Assembly (NCBI GenBank): GCA_049521795.1
Contig: JBEKOM010000006.1
Coordinates: forward strand, 1-64,000
DNA from: Candidatus Bathyarchaeia archaeon
GTDB taxonomy: Archaea; Thermoproteota; Bathyarchaeia; Bathyarchaeales; Bathycorpusculaceae
DNA: 64,000 nucleotides
Direction: 5' to 3'
The translations under genes and the position numbers were made by a program. The notes beneath the pieces are model-generated. The model searched no databases and was not told the origin of the DNA. It saw only the letters and a program-made list of their open reading frames with translations. Positions 8,603 through 17,891 of the stretch are shown piece by piece. Positions within the stretch are counted from its first letter, which is position 1. Each line of letters begins with the position of its first letter.

Positions 8603-9612
8603 TGGCTCCGATAAGCGAACAGGAACGGTTAATAGCGCTAGACCTCGGACTGATAAGCAATTCGACGACCTATGCCTTCCCATCAACTTTAGGCACGATA
8701 CATGACTATGGCAACATAACGATACCAAACACTGGCCTCGTCATGTTCAAATTTTCAATAGATGGAGGCCTGAGCGGATTCAATTGCAGGCTGAAAGTCG
8801 GTACCATATACGTGTGGGCGTTGAGCACTAGCGTTTCATATTCTCAGACAACGTTCTTCGCTGCTGTCTGGCTTGCTGCGGGAACCTATGACGTTCTTTT
8901 CGAAGGGAATTATGTGTCTAATTCAGCGCACATATACTTCATGTACGCGGGATATACGCTGTTCAACGACATTCAAGCGGCCACATTTGCCGTCTACAGT
9001 TCGGGAATACCGTTGACGGTAGCCCGCAGAAACACGCCGCTAGGCCCGTTAAGTCAGGCAACATATGCCATTCAAGTTTATGCCGTGACGGCGAGCGCAA
9101 AGACGAACCTTGAGAACGTCGGCGATAATCTTACAAATGGCGTCAGCGTCTCAATCGACAGCGTCCAGGTTAATTGGACTGAAAGGCTCTCGCCTGATAA
9201 CACGAACGGGTTTGGTGTATCGGGAAGAGTTTTCTTACCGTATTCTGTGGGCACGGCGCATACGATAACCTTCAGCCTGCGGAACTCAAACACGAATGTT
9301 TACGTCAGCGTTGTCGCTTGTCCATGGATTCTAGGCCCGGTGAATCATTCTCCCCTAAATCTTACGTTCAGCCAGCTTTCCACTATTAACGTCATTCTGA
9401 ATCCGCTCTGGAACGACCCAACGAAGTTCATTGGCGTCGGCATTCAGAGAGGCATCTCATTCGGAACTGCAACTGACTATTACAACAGCGCAAGCGGAAC
9501 CGGACTCATGAACTACTCGTACATGATCGACACGCCAGACATTTCGCAAGTTAACCTTTTTGTCAACGGCTGGGGCGGGTGCATCGAAGTCATAGGAGTC
9601 GATTTGAGATGA
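8602..9612 (+). CDS. Putative tail tip / receptor-binding beta-sandwich protein
   Basis: 336 aa, Ser/Thr/Gly/Tyr-rich beta protein, TAATG-coupled to the TMP. Confidence 0.55.
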   Translation: MAPISEQERLIALDLGLISNSTTYAFPSTLGTIHDYGNITIPNTGLVMFKFSIDGGLSGFNCRLKVGTIYVWALSTSVSYSQTTFFAAVWLAAGTYDVLFEGNYVSNSAHIYFMYAGYTLFNDIQAATFAVYSSGIPLTVARRNTPLGPLSQATYAIQVYAVTASAKTNLENVGDNLTNGVSVSIDSVQVNWTERLSPDNTNGFGVSGRVFLPYSVGTAHTITFSLRNSNTNVYVSVVACPWILGPVNHSPLNLTFSQLSTINVILNPLWNDPTKFIGVGIQRGISFGTATDYYNSASGTGLMNYSYMIDTPDISQVNLFVNGWGGCIEVIGVDLR

Positions 9613-9902
9613 CCGTGAAGATTACACAGGTCACGACGACAAGCGGGCAGATTATGCTGACCATCATATACGATAACCCGAAAGGCAGTGGGACACTCTA
9701 CACTTTTCAGCTAAGTTACCAAAGCCTCGTCGAAAGGCTCGTTCAGGTTTCGGCGCTTCTCGGGCGGAATCTCACGTTAACGGATGCTCAGCAGGCTCTT
9801 GTCGAGATAGTCAACGAAGTCCGCAAGAATCAGGCAGGCATCCCGCAGAATTTTGACTTCACGCCTTACATCGGCACGGAGCTGGAAACATTACCGGCGT
9901 AA
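9609..9902 (+). CDS. Hypothetical tail-module protein
   Basis: ATGA-coupled start at 9609 (MTVKITQV...). Confidence 0.65.
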   Translation: MTVKITQVTTTSGQIMLTIIYDNPKGSGTLYTFQLSYQSLVERLVQVSALLGRNLTLTDAQQALVEIVNEVRKNQAGIPQNFDFTPYIGTELETLPA

Positions 9903-10258
9903 GTCTCGGCGGTAAGACGCTCAGCTGCACGCAGATCACTGAAGGCTTCTCGCTAATTCCAGGCACGCAATGGCAAGGTTGGAGCGCTGGAACTGCTGGA
10001 CTGAGAATGTACGTCGCAGGCCTGGTTCGTAACTGGACTTTGAAGTGTTTGGAGCAAAACGTGAATTATCCTGGGTGCTCTGAAGACTCTTTGCGGAATA
10101 GCGCTTCAGCAGGAACGGCTTTATCACTAGTTATCGATCTCGGAAACTTGTACTATGTTTCAGCAAGTGTGAAAATCGACGGCATAGACGTAAGCCTTGA
10201 CCCGTTGGGCACGCAGAACATCAGACATTTCACTGTAAGAGTTCATGAAACGATATAG
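9890..10258 (+). CDS. Putative distal-tail-like protein with a non-canonical (ATT) or mutated start
   Basis: Frame is open from 9857 and protein-like sequence ITGVSLGGKTLSCTQITEGF... begins at ATT 9890; the first ATG is only at 10007. Confidence 0.55.
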   Translation: MTGVSLGGKTLSCTQITEGFSLIPGTQWQGWSAGTAGLRMYVAGLVRNWTLKCLEQNVNYPGCSEDSLRNSASAGTALSLVIDLGNLYYVSASVKIDGIDVSLDPLGTQNIRHFTVRVHETI

Positions 10259-10349
10259 GTGCGAAAGATGAGCCAATGGGGCGGCGAAAACTCGCCTCTT
10301 TCAGCCGGAGTTGCCAGGGGTGACGGATTGACGAGTTTTTCAGGGTGAT

Positions 10350-10748
10350 TTGAGAAATATGAAGAACAGTTTGAAGAAGCAGCTTGAAGGCTTAAGCCTC
10401 GGCGATCTAGTACGCGTGCAATGGTGTGACGCCAGCATAGGTAAGAGTCTCAGCAGCGGCATCGACATCGACGTGTCTGTTGAAAGCTGGGGCGTGTACC
10501 TAGGCATTCTCGGGGAGAAGGCGAAGCACATCATTCTGGCCCAGAACAATTTCCGCTACGCGGACGGCTTCTACGATTTGGACTACACGGCTATTCCGGT
10601 CCAATGGAGCATCAGCGTCACCGTCCTAGCGAAAAACCACGTGCCTGGCACCGAGGCTAAGCAGATGCTTAACAGTTTTCTCCTGGGCGGCCGCAGGGCA
10701 CTTCCGCGGAAGAAGCGTCAGCAAGCTATCAGGAATCATGATGACTGA
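10350..10748 (+). CDS. Hypothetical viral protein (possible SH3/Sm-like barrel)
   Basis: GDLVRVQWCDAS...WGVYLG pattern; GGGTGA RBS. Confidence 0.65.
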   Translation: MRNMKNSLKKQLEGLSLGDLVRVQWCDASIGKSLSSGIDIDVSVESWGVYLGILGEKAKHIILAQNNFRYADGFYDLDYTAIPVQWSISVTVLAKNHVPGTEAKQMLNSFLLGGRRALPRKKRQQAIRNHDD

Positions 10749-10995
10749 TTGGATCAGACGGGCCCTTACTCGCAAGCGGGTCAAGAAGGGCCCCAGGGGA
10801 GCCGTCCTCGTCGAGGAGCCGAACGAAAAGCTTGTCTACACGGTGAGATTTGTCCTGGGCATGACCGGCTGCTTATCAGCAATAGAAGTTGCAAGCATGG
10901 CCTTCCTGCACGCTTGGAACAGTGAGGTCTTCGCTGCAATCACCGGCTTAATCGGCACGGTCGCAGGCGTTCTAATCGGACAAAGCGCGCGCTAA
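10738..10995 (+). CDS. Small two-TM membrane protein (holin-like candidate)
   Basis: Basic N-terminus plus two hydrophobic helices at the end of the structural operon. Confidence 0.55.
   Translation: MMTDWIRRALTRKRVKKGPRGAVLVEEPNEKLVYTVRFVLGMTGCLSAIEVASMAFLHAWNSEVFAAITGLIGTVAGVLIGQSAR
10985..10992. repeat. (GC)n palindromic boundary motif GCGCGCGC
   Basis: First of a dispersed family; marks the end of the virion operon and the start of the cargo block. Confidence 0.7.
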
Positions 10996-11069
10996 GATCA
11001 CGGGGCTAGGCAAGACTAACCCCATGCAAGCTTAATTCATTGAAACGATTCTTGCATCAATCTTCACGC

Positions 11070-11933
11070 CTAGGCCTGATAGATCTTGTCAATTACCTTC
11101 TCTATTTCAGAAATGAAACCTCGTTGTTCTTCCAAATAGCTCTTGATAATTGCTTTGGACTCTGCTTCTCCGAAAGCTATTTTTTTAAAGGTGCCGTATT
11201 CGCCAGCAATCTTGCTGCCAACTATCCAAGCGCCTTGGTTGAAACCAATCGGAGAACATCCCGCTTGTTTGCAGAGATCTACAAGGGTTTTTTGCTTCTC
11301 TTCAAGAGTAGCTCGTTTTTCTGGTTTCATTAGGATGGAATATGTTTGGTCCAGCCATGTATCCAAAGGCTGCAAGTAGAACTGATCCTTTATTTGACTC
11401 TCATCTAAATCTCCCAAGTATGCAATGTCGCGAATGTAGAAAGAAGCTATCTTGGTGCCAATCCCACGAATATCGTCAATAAACGTGTGAGCCGTTTTCG
11501 TGTTTCCATCTTTTATTAGGACCCTTACATGATTTGCGATATTCGAGATCTTTTGCCTTGCCATTGCTGTCAAAACACCATAGTCGCTGTTCATTGGATT
11601 GCGTAATGGATTGGTTTTTAAACCGTTATAATCTCGGGGTGCGATCTCCGAGTAAATTGCCCATGCCTTAGTGGACTGGTCAGAATTAACTGTCTCCAGT
11701 CTACCTTGGAATACCTTTTCAATAGTTTGCCTTGCAATTACAGGATAAGCTTGCGCGCTTCCTTGGCGCTCGTAAGCATAGTTCTCTAAAAAGCATTCTA
11801 ATGCGATGTAATTGTTTTCAAACTGCCTCTTAAAATATACATCACTAATGTACGCATTTTGATAGACTGAGGCAAAGGCAGCCAGTCTCTTGGCAACCTG
11901 AATTTGGCTTGACTCGAAATCCAAATTGATCAA
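11070..11933 (-). CDS. HhH-superfamily DNA glycosylase-like protein
   Basis: Helix-hairpin-helix IRGIGTKIASFYIRD followed by QPLDTW (Asp at the GPD-like position). Confidence 0.65.
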   Translation of the reverse strand: MINLDFESSQIQVAKRLAAFASVYQNAYISDVYFKRQFENNYIALECFLENYAYERQGSAQAYPVIARQTIEKVFQGRLETVNSDQSTKAWAIYSEIAPRDYNGLKTNPLRNPMNSDYGVLTAMARQKISNIANHVRVLIKDGNTKTAHTFIDDIRGIGTKIASFYIRDIAYLGDLDESQIKDQFYLQPLDTWLDQTYSILMKPEKRATLEEKQKTLVDLCKQAGCSPIGFNQGAWIVGSKIAGEYGTFKKIAFGEAESKAIIKSYLEEQRGFISEIEKVIDKIYQA

Positions 11934-12138
11934 CTCCTGTATGATTCAATTCGTACGCTTTTAGGATTTCTAGAAGCGCGCGTCTCATTAATCAATAGGC
12001 AGGAAAGTGCGCGCACGTTGACTATTCATTATTTCGAAGGTTTGAGTCGCCTCCTTGGTTAACGTGGGCACGTCTTCACCCATACAAGCCCCGAAGAGTT
12101 TTTTCTTGACAAACTTAACTTTGGAGTCAGTGGATACC

Positions 12139-13566
12139 ATGCACAGACACGAGTTCTTCCACATCAGAAAGGTCCGCAGGACTTACGACAGGACCCGGAA
12201 CACGTTTTCCTTCAACATTTCGTACAACACAGCGGTAGCCTTAACGCCCAGAACATCAGCTGTGGCTGAGGCTTTTGGACTCGGCGTCGACGAAGAGCAC
12301 AGGTTCACCGTCCTGGATGCAGAATTGAAAATAAACCCCACAGACATCGTGTACATAACCGGCGACTCTGGCAGCGGAAAGAGCGTCCTCCTACGCGCCA
12401 TCAAGAAGGACCTCGGAGACATTGCAGTCGACGTCGCAGATATCCAGGTTCCTCATGATAAGCCGCTGATCGAGACTGTCGGCAAGACGGTTGAAGAGGG
12501 CCTTGAGCTACTGGCTAAGGTGGGCCTGGGCGACGCTTTCCTCTTCTTGCGATCCTACGACCAGCTCAGCGACGGACAAAAATACAGGTATCGTCTGGCC
12601 AAGCTTGTTGAAAGCGATAAGCAGTGGTGGATCCTAGACGAGTTTGCCGCTTCCTTGGACCGAGACACCGCGAAGATCGTGGCTTTTAACCTTCAGAAGC
12701 TTGCACGTCAACAGGGCAAGGCAGTGTTAGCAGCGACTACACACCTGGACCTGTTTGAAGACTTGCATCCCAGTGTTCACGTTCACAAAAGGTTTGGGAA
12801 AGAGATCACCATCAGATATTTCCCAAACGGGCCTGCCGGAGAGTGCAGCTTAGTCAAGGAGATGCGTGTTGAAGAGGGTTCTACGGAAGATTGGCGGACC
12901 TTGGCGAGTTTTCATTATCGCAGTCACCGAATAAGTGCGCCGCGTAGGATTTTCTGTTTGAAGCGTGGCGATGAGCTTTGCGGGGTGATCGTGTACTGTT
13001 ATCCGCCGTCTGCAAGCTTTGGGCGAAGGCTTGTTCTTCCGAGGATGAGCATGCGGGAGCTGAATGAGAAGCTGAGTGTCATCAGTAGGGTTGTTGTCCA
13101 TCCAAAGTATAGAACAGTGGGCTTAGGCGTTAGACTTGTCAGGGAGACGTTAGCCCTTGCTGGAACAGACTATGTTGAAATGTCAGCTGTGATGGCAAAG
13201 TATAACCCGTTTGCGGAAAAGGCCGGAATGAAGAGAATAGTGGAACAGCACCCGCCAAAAGAAGCTGAGAGGATCATGGATGTTCTCGAGGGCCTCGGGT
13301 TTAACACTCAGCTGCTCGGTAGCACAAACTACGTGCTGAAGACGCTTCAAATGCTGAATGAAGAAGGAGTAGCGAAAATAAGAGAAGCCTTAGCCAAGCA
13401 GAGGCATCCGCGTTTTCTGAAAAGCTTCTCGAATGACCTTCCCTTTGGCACAAGAGATGCTTATCAGAAAGAAATAGCAAACGCAAACCTAGAGAAGCTT
13501 GCAAGCCTCATAAAGATCTGCAGTTTCTTGATACAAACAAAGGCTTACCTTTTCTGGAAAAAATAG
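12139..13566 (+). CDS. Soluble ABC-family ATPase fused to a GNAT (Mom-like) acetyltransferase
   Basis: Walker A GDSGSGKS, signature LSDGQ, Walker B WILDEF, H-loop TTH; GNAT motif A RVVVHPKYRTVGLG. Frame is open from 12055. Confidence 0.85.
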   Translation: MHRHEFFHIRKVRRTYDRTRNTFSFNISYNTAVALTPRTSAVAEAFGLGVDEEHRFTVLDAELKINPTDIVYITGDSGSGKSVLLRAIKKDLGDIAVDVADIQVPHDKPLIETVGKTVEEGLELLAKVGLGDAFLFLRSYDQLSDGQKYRYRLAKLVESDKQWWILDEFAASLDRDTAKIVAFNLQKLARQQGKAVLAATTHLDLFEDLHPSVHVHKRFGKEITIRYFPNGPAGECSLVKEMRVEEGSTEDWRTLASFHYRSHRISAPRRIFCLKRGDELCGVIVYCYPPSASFGRRLVLPRMSMRELNEKLSVISRVVVHPKYRTVGLGVRLVRETLALAGTDYVEMSAVMAKYNPFAEKAGMKRIVEQHPPKEAERIMDVLEGLGFNTQLLGSTNYVLKTLQMLNEEGVAKIREALAKQRHPRFLKSFSNDLPFGTRDAYQKEIANANLEKLASLIKICSFLIQTKAYLFWKK

Positions 13567-13648
13567 CGTTTGCTGCAAAACTTTTCAAGGCGCGCTTTTT
13601 CTATATTCTATCCACAATTTCGGAACAGAGAAATAGCGGGATGAGGTC

Positions 13649-14725
13649 ATGGATAGCGAATATTGCGTCAATATTTCAGAGCTTTTCTCTCTGAATTGGA
13701 ACAAGGATCCTTGTATCGATAACAAAGTACTATCTTGCCGTCACCCAAATTTCCATTCTAAGCCCTGCCCAGTTGGAGTTGATTTCTTTCGATTCCCAAG
13801 CGGAGAATTGCGTCTGGATTTTGCATATTGCAACTTAATGTGTTTGCCATGTTGGGCAAAACAATGTCCTCATGAGGAGCATTTCAACTGTTACCAAAAC
13901 GGTTACGGGTTCAAAGCAAGTTTCTCGCCTGAAGAAATAGTGGACAGAATGATTTGCAGGGCCAAGAAATTGAACCAATACGTGGATGCTCAAGAAACAT
14001 TCCAGATTAGAATTACAGGAGGAGAACCCCTTCTTTCTAAACATAGGTGGAATCATGTTGCCGAAATATTGAACATTCTTGACGACAGATTGGACCCTGA
14101 AGAACCGCATTATAGCAAGACGCTCGATAATAGGCTGCATGGTTATGGTAAAAGAAACGGCCCTAAAAAGAAAAGGCTAGTTATTCAAACAAACGGTATC
14201 TCGCTGGGAAAAGTGATCTCCGCAAACGATTTCATGCAGACTGTGAAAAGTCTGACGCAGCTCAATATATTAGTTCATCATTCAATGAAAGGCTGTAAAC
14301 CAGTTGAATTTCATCTCCTTACGGGTGCAGATGAAACTCTGTTCAATCGTCAAATCGAATCGATAGGCGAATTCGAATATCTCAGCAAGTCAATTGACAA
14401 TTTCGATTTTCAAATTGTTCTTGGCTTCTTTCACAGTCAGAAGTACATATTATGGAACCCGGAAGAAAAGGAACCTATGCTGACGGAGCCTGATTCCTCA
14501 TTTCTTGGAGAAGTTAAGAGAAATTGGGAGAGAACATTTGCAGAACCTCTTGATTTTCGTTCAAGAATGATAAACAATGCTCGAACTACAGAAAGATGCT
14601 TCGAGAAAGGCATCGTGAAGGAAAGAAGTCAGCTCAAAAAGAGTACGATATCTGAACTAGAACCCCTTCCATGTCCAGGCAAAAAAACCATGATAAATGG
14701 GACGTTTTGGCGAAAACTGACATAG
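13649..14725 (+). CDS. Radical SAM protein
   Basis: CNLMCLPC (CxxxCxxC), ITGGEP and IQTNG motifs. Confidence 0.85.
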   Translation: MDSEYCVNISELFSLNWNKDPCIDNKVLSCRHPNFHSKPCPVGVDFFRFPSGELRLDFAYCNLMCLPCWAKQCPHEEHFNCYQNGYGFKASFSPEEIVDRMICRAKKLNQYVDAQETFQIRITGGEPLLSKHRWNHVAEILNILDDRLDPEEPHYSKTLDNRLHGYGKRNGPKKKRLVIQTNGISLGKVISANDFMQTVKSLTQLNILVHHSMKGCKPVEFHLLTGADETLFNRQIESIGEFEYLSKSIDNFDFQIVLGFFHSQKYILWNPEEKEPMLTEPDSSFLGEVKRNWERTFAEPLDFRSRMINNARTTERCFEKGIVKERSQLKKSTISELEPLPCPGKKTMINGTFWRKLT

Positions 14726-14839
14726 GTCGCGCTTGAAAGTAACTTCCTCCTCCGTGGAAAACTGAGAGAGTAATTCTCATTACTGAAAAAGCCTATAGGG
14801 ATAGGGAATACTTTAGTCCTACGCGCTGAGGCGACGAGA

Positions 14840-15202
14840 ATGTCAGGTCAGTCATTTGAAGAGAAGAATTTGAGGGAATATGCGTTAGGTCATTTAGATA
14901 TTATTGAAGTTGGCTTGTCGCTGGCACAATATAATGAAGCGCGCGCGGCTATCGAGGTTGGGTTCGGCAAGATTATAGAGAAATTCCTTCCGGCCTACAG
15001 AGATCTTGACCTGCAGTTTACTGAGTGCAGGCCTCTTTACGATCCTATAGATGTTTTGGTTTTCAGTGGGTTGTTGAACAGGAAAGTTGACAGCATCACT
15101 TTCTTGGAGATAAAGTCTGGAAATGCCAAGCTGAATAACCATCAGAAGATGATAAGAGACGCTGTACTGGACAAGAACGTCGACATGAGGGTTCTCAAAT
15201 GA
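14840..15202 (+). pseudogene. Chimeric/N-truncated Holliday-junction-resolvase-like endonuclease (Endonuc_Holl type)
   Basis: C-terminal GKIIEKFLP..DPIDVLVFSGL..FLEIKSG motif; the first 33 codons look unrelated and join at GCGCGCGCG 14939-14947. Confidence 0.65.
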
Positions 15203-15705
15203 CGGAACTGATCGACGTCTTCCAAACGTTCAGAAAGATTCTTTGCGTGTGCCCATGCCGCAATCAGATCGTAAGGTTGAGTGACCTTCATCTCAAATAC
15301 GGTGGCAGAGCACCTAAGACCTGGCTTGACAAGCATGAGCTTCAACTCTTAAGGCTGCAGGAAAGAGTGGCAGCTTTTGAAGAAAAAGAAAAGGAATTGC
15401 GCGAGCAATCTGTGGACCGCGGCAGAAAGAAAGTGCCTTCAATAGTGAGAAAATGCTTATGCTCTGAATTCAGCAAACTAGAGTACGACCCATATGACAT
15501 TAAGGCAGTCATGGATCCTGTAGATTTCGTCGTGTTCGACGGACTCAACGAAGGAGAAGAGGTAAGGAGAATAACGTTTCTAACTCGAAAACCTAGCCCA
15601 AACATGAGAACGGTCACTGAATCCATGGGAAAAACGGTGAAGCAAGGCAGCTACGACTGGAAAGTGGCACGCATAAACACATCGGGAAAAGTAAGTCTCG
15701 AATGA
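15199..15705 (+). CDS. Holliday-junction-resolvase-like protein (second gene of the pair)
   Basis: N-terminal CVCPC, coiled coil, DPVDFVVFDGL motif; ATGA-coupled. Confidence 0.75.
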   Translation: MTELIDVFQTFRKILCVCPCRNQIVRLSDLHLKYGGRAPKTWLDKHELQLLRLQERVAAFEEKEKELREQSVDRGRKKVPSIVRKCLCSEFSKLEYDPYDIKAVMDPVDFVVFDGLNEGEEVRRITFLTRKPSPNMRTVTESMGKTVKQGSYDWKVARINTSGKVSLE

Positions 15706-15879
15706 GCGCGCGCTCCTATGCGGAGGGCTCTCACCGATTGGCCAACACTTTGACGATCTAGTCTTAGCCACAGTCTCATCAGAGTTACCTACATTGAAAT
15801 CTGTATACGGTACAGTGACGAAGATCCAACAGTTGCTCATCTTAGACAGACCTTCGCAGCCGTTGGATACATAAACGGC

Positions 15880-16542
15880 TTACGTTTGCTGTTTATATTT
15901 GCATAAGCTTGCTAGAGGGCAATCTATGCATAATGGTTTCTTCAGTCTACAATATGCTGCTGCTATGTCAAGTAGACCTAGACTAACATGCTTAGAGTTC
16001 TCTGGAGATGATTGAAGAATATTCGAAACAAGACTCCAGAGCGATTTGTCCGAATAGGCACGTCTGCCCTCGCGTCTTCCAAGTATTCGGCAAAGCAGCC
16101 TACCAACTGCTCCATCAACCATCGGAAACGGGCGTTCAAAAGCAACGCAGTCGACCGCGTTTGCGATGTATTGACCAACTCCCTTGAATTTTCGAAGAGA
16201 TTGACCTGACTCTATGATTGCTTTGTTACTTCGCAAAGCTCGGGCAATGTCAGATAGCTGCGAACCCCTTGTTGACAGACCTAAAGGTCCTATTATTGCA
16301 CACACTTCTGTAGGATCAGCTTCGGCCAATGCTTCAAAATTGGGATATGATTGGATAAGTTTAAGGAACACCGGCAATACTCTGAAGGTTTGAGTCTTTC
16401 TCAGTAAGAACTCAGCCAACAAAACCGTGTATGGATCCTTGGTCTCACGCCAAGGATAACGCCGACCACGGGTCCTATAGTACTCAGAACAAATTCCGGA
16501 TATTTCATTTAGGCTTGCGAACCTTTCACCTGTCCTTTTTTT
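15880..16542 (-). CDS. HhH-GPD [4Fe-4S] glycosylase, MutY/Mig (T:G mismatch) type; 5' end lacks an in-frame start
   Basis: RRYPWRETKDPY, KGVGQYIA, PMVDG and CRLKKPLCIDCPLASLC (FCL motif); the open frame extends to 16542 but the first TTG is at 16422. Confidence 0.8.
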   Translation of the reverse strand, partial: KKRTGERFASLNEISGICSEYYRTRGRRYPWRETKDPYTVLLAEFLLRKTQTFRVLPVFLKLIQSYPNFEALAEADPTEVCAIIGPLGLSTRGSQLSDIARALRSNKAIIESGQSLRKFKGVGQYIANAVDCVAFERPFPMVDGAVGRLLCRILGRREGRRAYSDKSLWSLVSNILQSSPENSKHVSLGLLDIAAAYCRLKKPLCIDCPLASLCKYKQQT

Positions 16543-16553
16543 TCAAATAGAGA

Positions 16554-17891
16554 TCAACTGGTTTTCGAAAGTAGTTCCTTTAGAGCCTGGAGCCATGTTT
16601 CTGTTGGTTCGTCTATAGGAGCCATCAAAGGCCTGCGTAAAGCAAGGCTCTCGGCATAGGCGACTAGCCAAAGCTTTGCTAACTTCTCTCTTTCAGTAGT
16701 CTTGAAGCGGCTAGCTTGTAGTGTCACCCACTCTTGCAGGCGCAAGATGACTATTTTCACTTCGAATTCCTCCTGCAGTTCGGTCATCTTGTCAGTTACA
16801 TCATCGCGCAGATCCGGCTTTGTCTCAGTCACGAAGCCAACAATTCGCAGTTCAGGAAACTGCTCCTGAGAAAGTTTGTCATGCAATTCTAGCAATTCGT
16901 CGTACAGGTATGGTTTTCCGTATTTTGCGTCCCATGCTTCAGCGATCGCGTCTGCTTGGGTTAGTTCTATGTCTGCAATATTGCCGGCCTTCTTGTTCGC
17001 TTGCCTCATTTGAGAGAGGGTTCTTAATTCCAATGCTCCCAAGCCACCCAATGTCTTAATAGCTTGCATCAACGAGTGCATCCCGACCTCAAGCAAGCGT
17101 GCTGCAGGCAGACCGGGGTTCGCCATGTGTTTGATAAGTAATGTCAAAACTTGTTCAAGGTTCTTGACTGCGGCTGATTTCTTTCTAGCCAAGTCGACTA
17201 CTTCGGTAGCAAGGTCCTGAAATTGTTTGGACCTCTTAATCAGAAGGCATAAGGAATATTCAAGAGCTGTTTTTGCGTCGATCTTATTGGCTTCCAGAAG
17301 ATCGACAAGCTCTGTCCATTCTCTTTTGGCACCGCGTATAGCTGCTTTGTAGAATTTCGTATAGGGATAGTTTTCCGCTAGACTGCGTGTCATCATTACT
17401 CCATATTTGTTTACCTTGAGTAAATTCTCTTTTCGCAGAAATGGAGTAACGAATCCTGAGTCTAAAACCCTCATAGGGACTCCTTCCGCCCAAGAAAAGC
17501 TCCCTCGACCGGATTTGTGAAGCCTTACGCTCTGTTTTGGTTCAATCGCTTTTGTAGCCATCTGGAGGATTGCCAAACCAACAATGGCTCTTCCCACTTC
17601 GCTTGTTATGGCATCCACGAGCTTTTTCAACATCTCTTTGTGGTCATCACTAATTCTTTCGAAATCGACTTTGCCTTCCTTGCAACGCTTGATAACTGAG
17701 TCGAGAAAACCTTCAGTAAACCTCTTTCGAATGTAATCTGCACGTTTTTGGGCTTCTCTTGTCTGACTTCCTTCTCGGAAGACTTGAAGTCTTCTGCCGT
17801 CTTTTTCGTACAAGATTGAGCGATCGTCGTATATTCTTAAATGGGGGAGAGTGGGATCTTCGTCCGAGTCTATATTTACCTGCTTCGTCAA
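16554..17891 (-). CDS. Putative type II restriction endonuclease (PD-(D/E)xK)
   Basis: Coupled to the C5-MTase; GNIADIEL...AWDAK nuclease-like motif. Confidence 0.6.
   Translation of the reverse strand: MTKQVNIDSDEDPTLPHLRIYDDRSILYEKDGRRLQVFREGSQTREAQKRADYIRKRFTEGFLDSVIKRCKEGKVDFERISDDHKEMLKKLVDAITSEVGRAIVGLAILQMATKAIEPKQSVRLHKSGRGSFSWAEGVPMRVLDSGFVTPFLRKENLLKVNKYGVMMTRSLAENYPYTKFYKAAIRGAKREWTELVDLLEANKIDAKTALEYSLCLLIKRSKQFQDLATEVVDLARKKSAAVKNLEQVLTLLIKHMANPGLPAARLLEVGMHSLMQAIKTLGGLGALELRTLSQMRQANKKAGNIADIELTQADAIAEAWDAKYGKPYLYDELLELHDKLSQEQFPELRIVGFVTETKPDLRDDVTDKMTELQEEFEVKIVILRLQEWVTLQASRFKTTEREKLAKLWLVAYAESLALRRPLMAPIDEPTETWLQALKELLSKTS

Noticed and set aside
13649-14725. QueE / 7-deazaguanine DNA modification pathway
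   Set aside because: No queC, queD, folE or dpdA-like genes nearby
16536-16546. A_AAA_AAG as a dnaX-type -1 frameshift activating the glycosylase
   Set aside because: Restoring the frame from the TTG needs +1 (loss of one A), not -1
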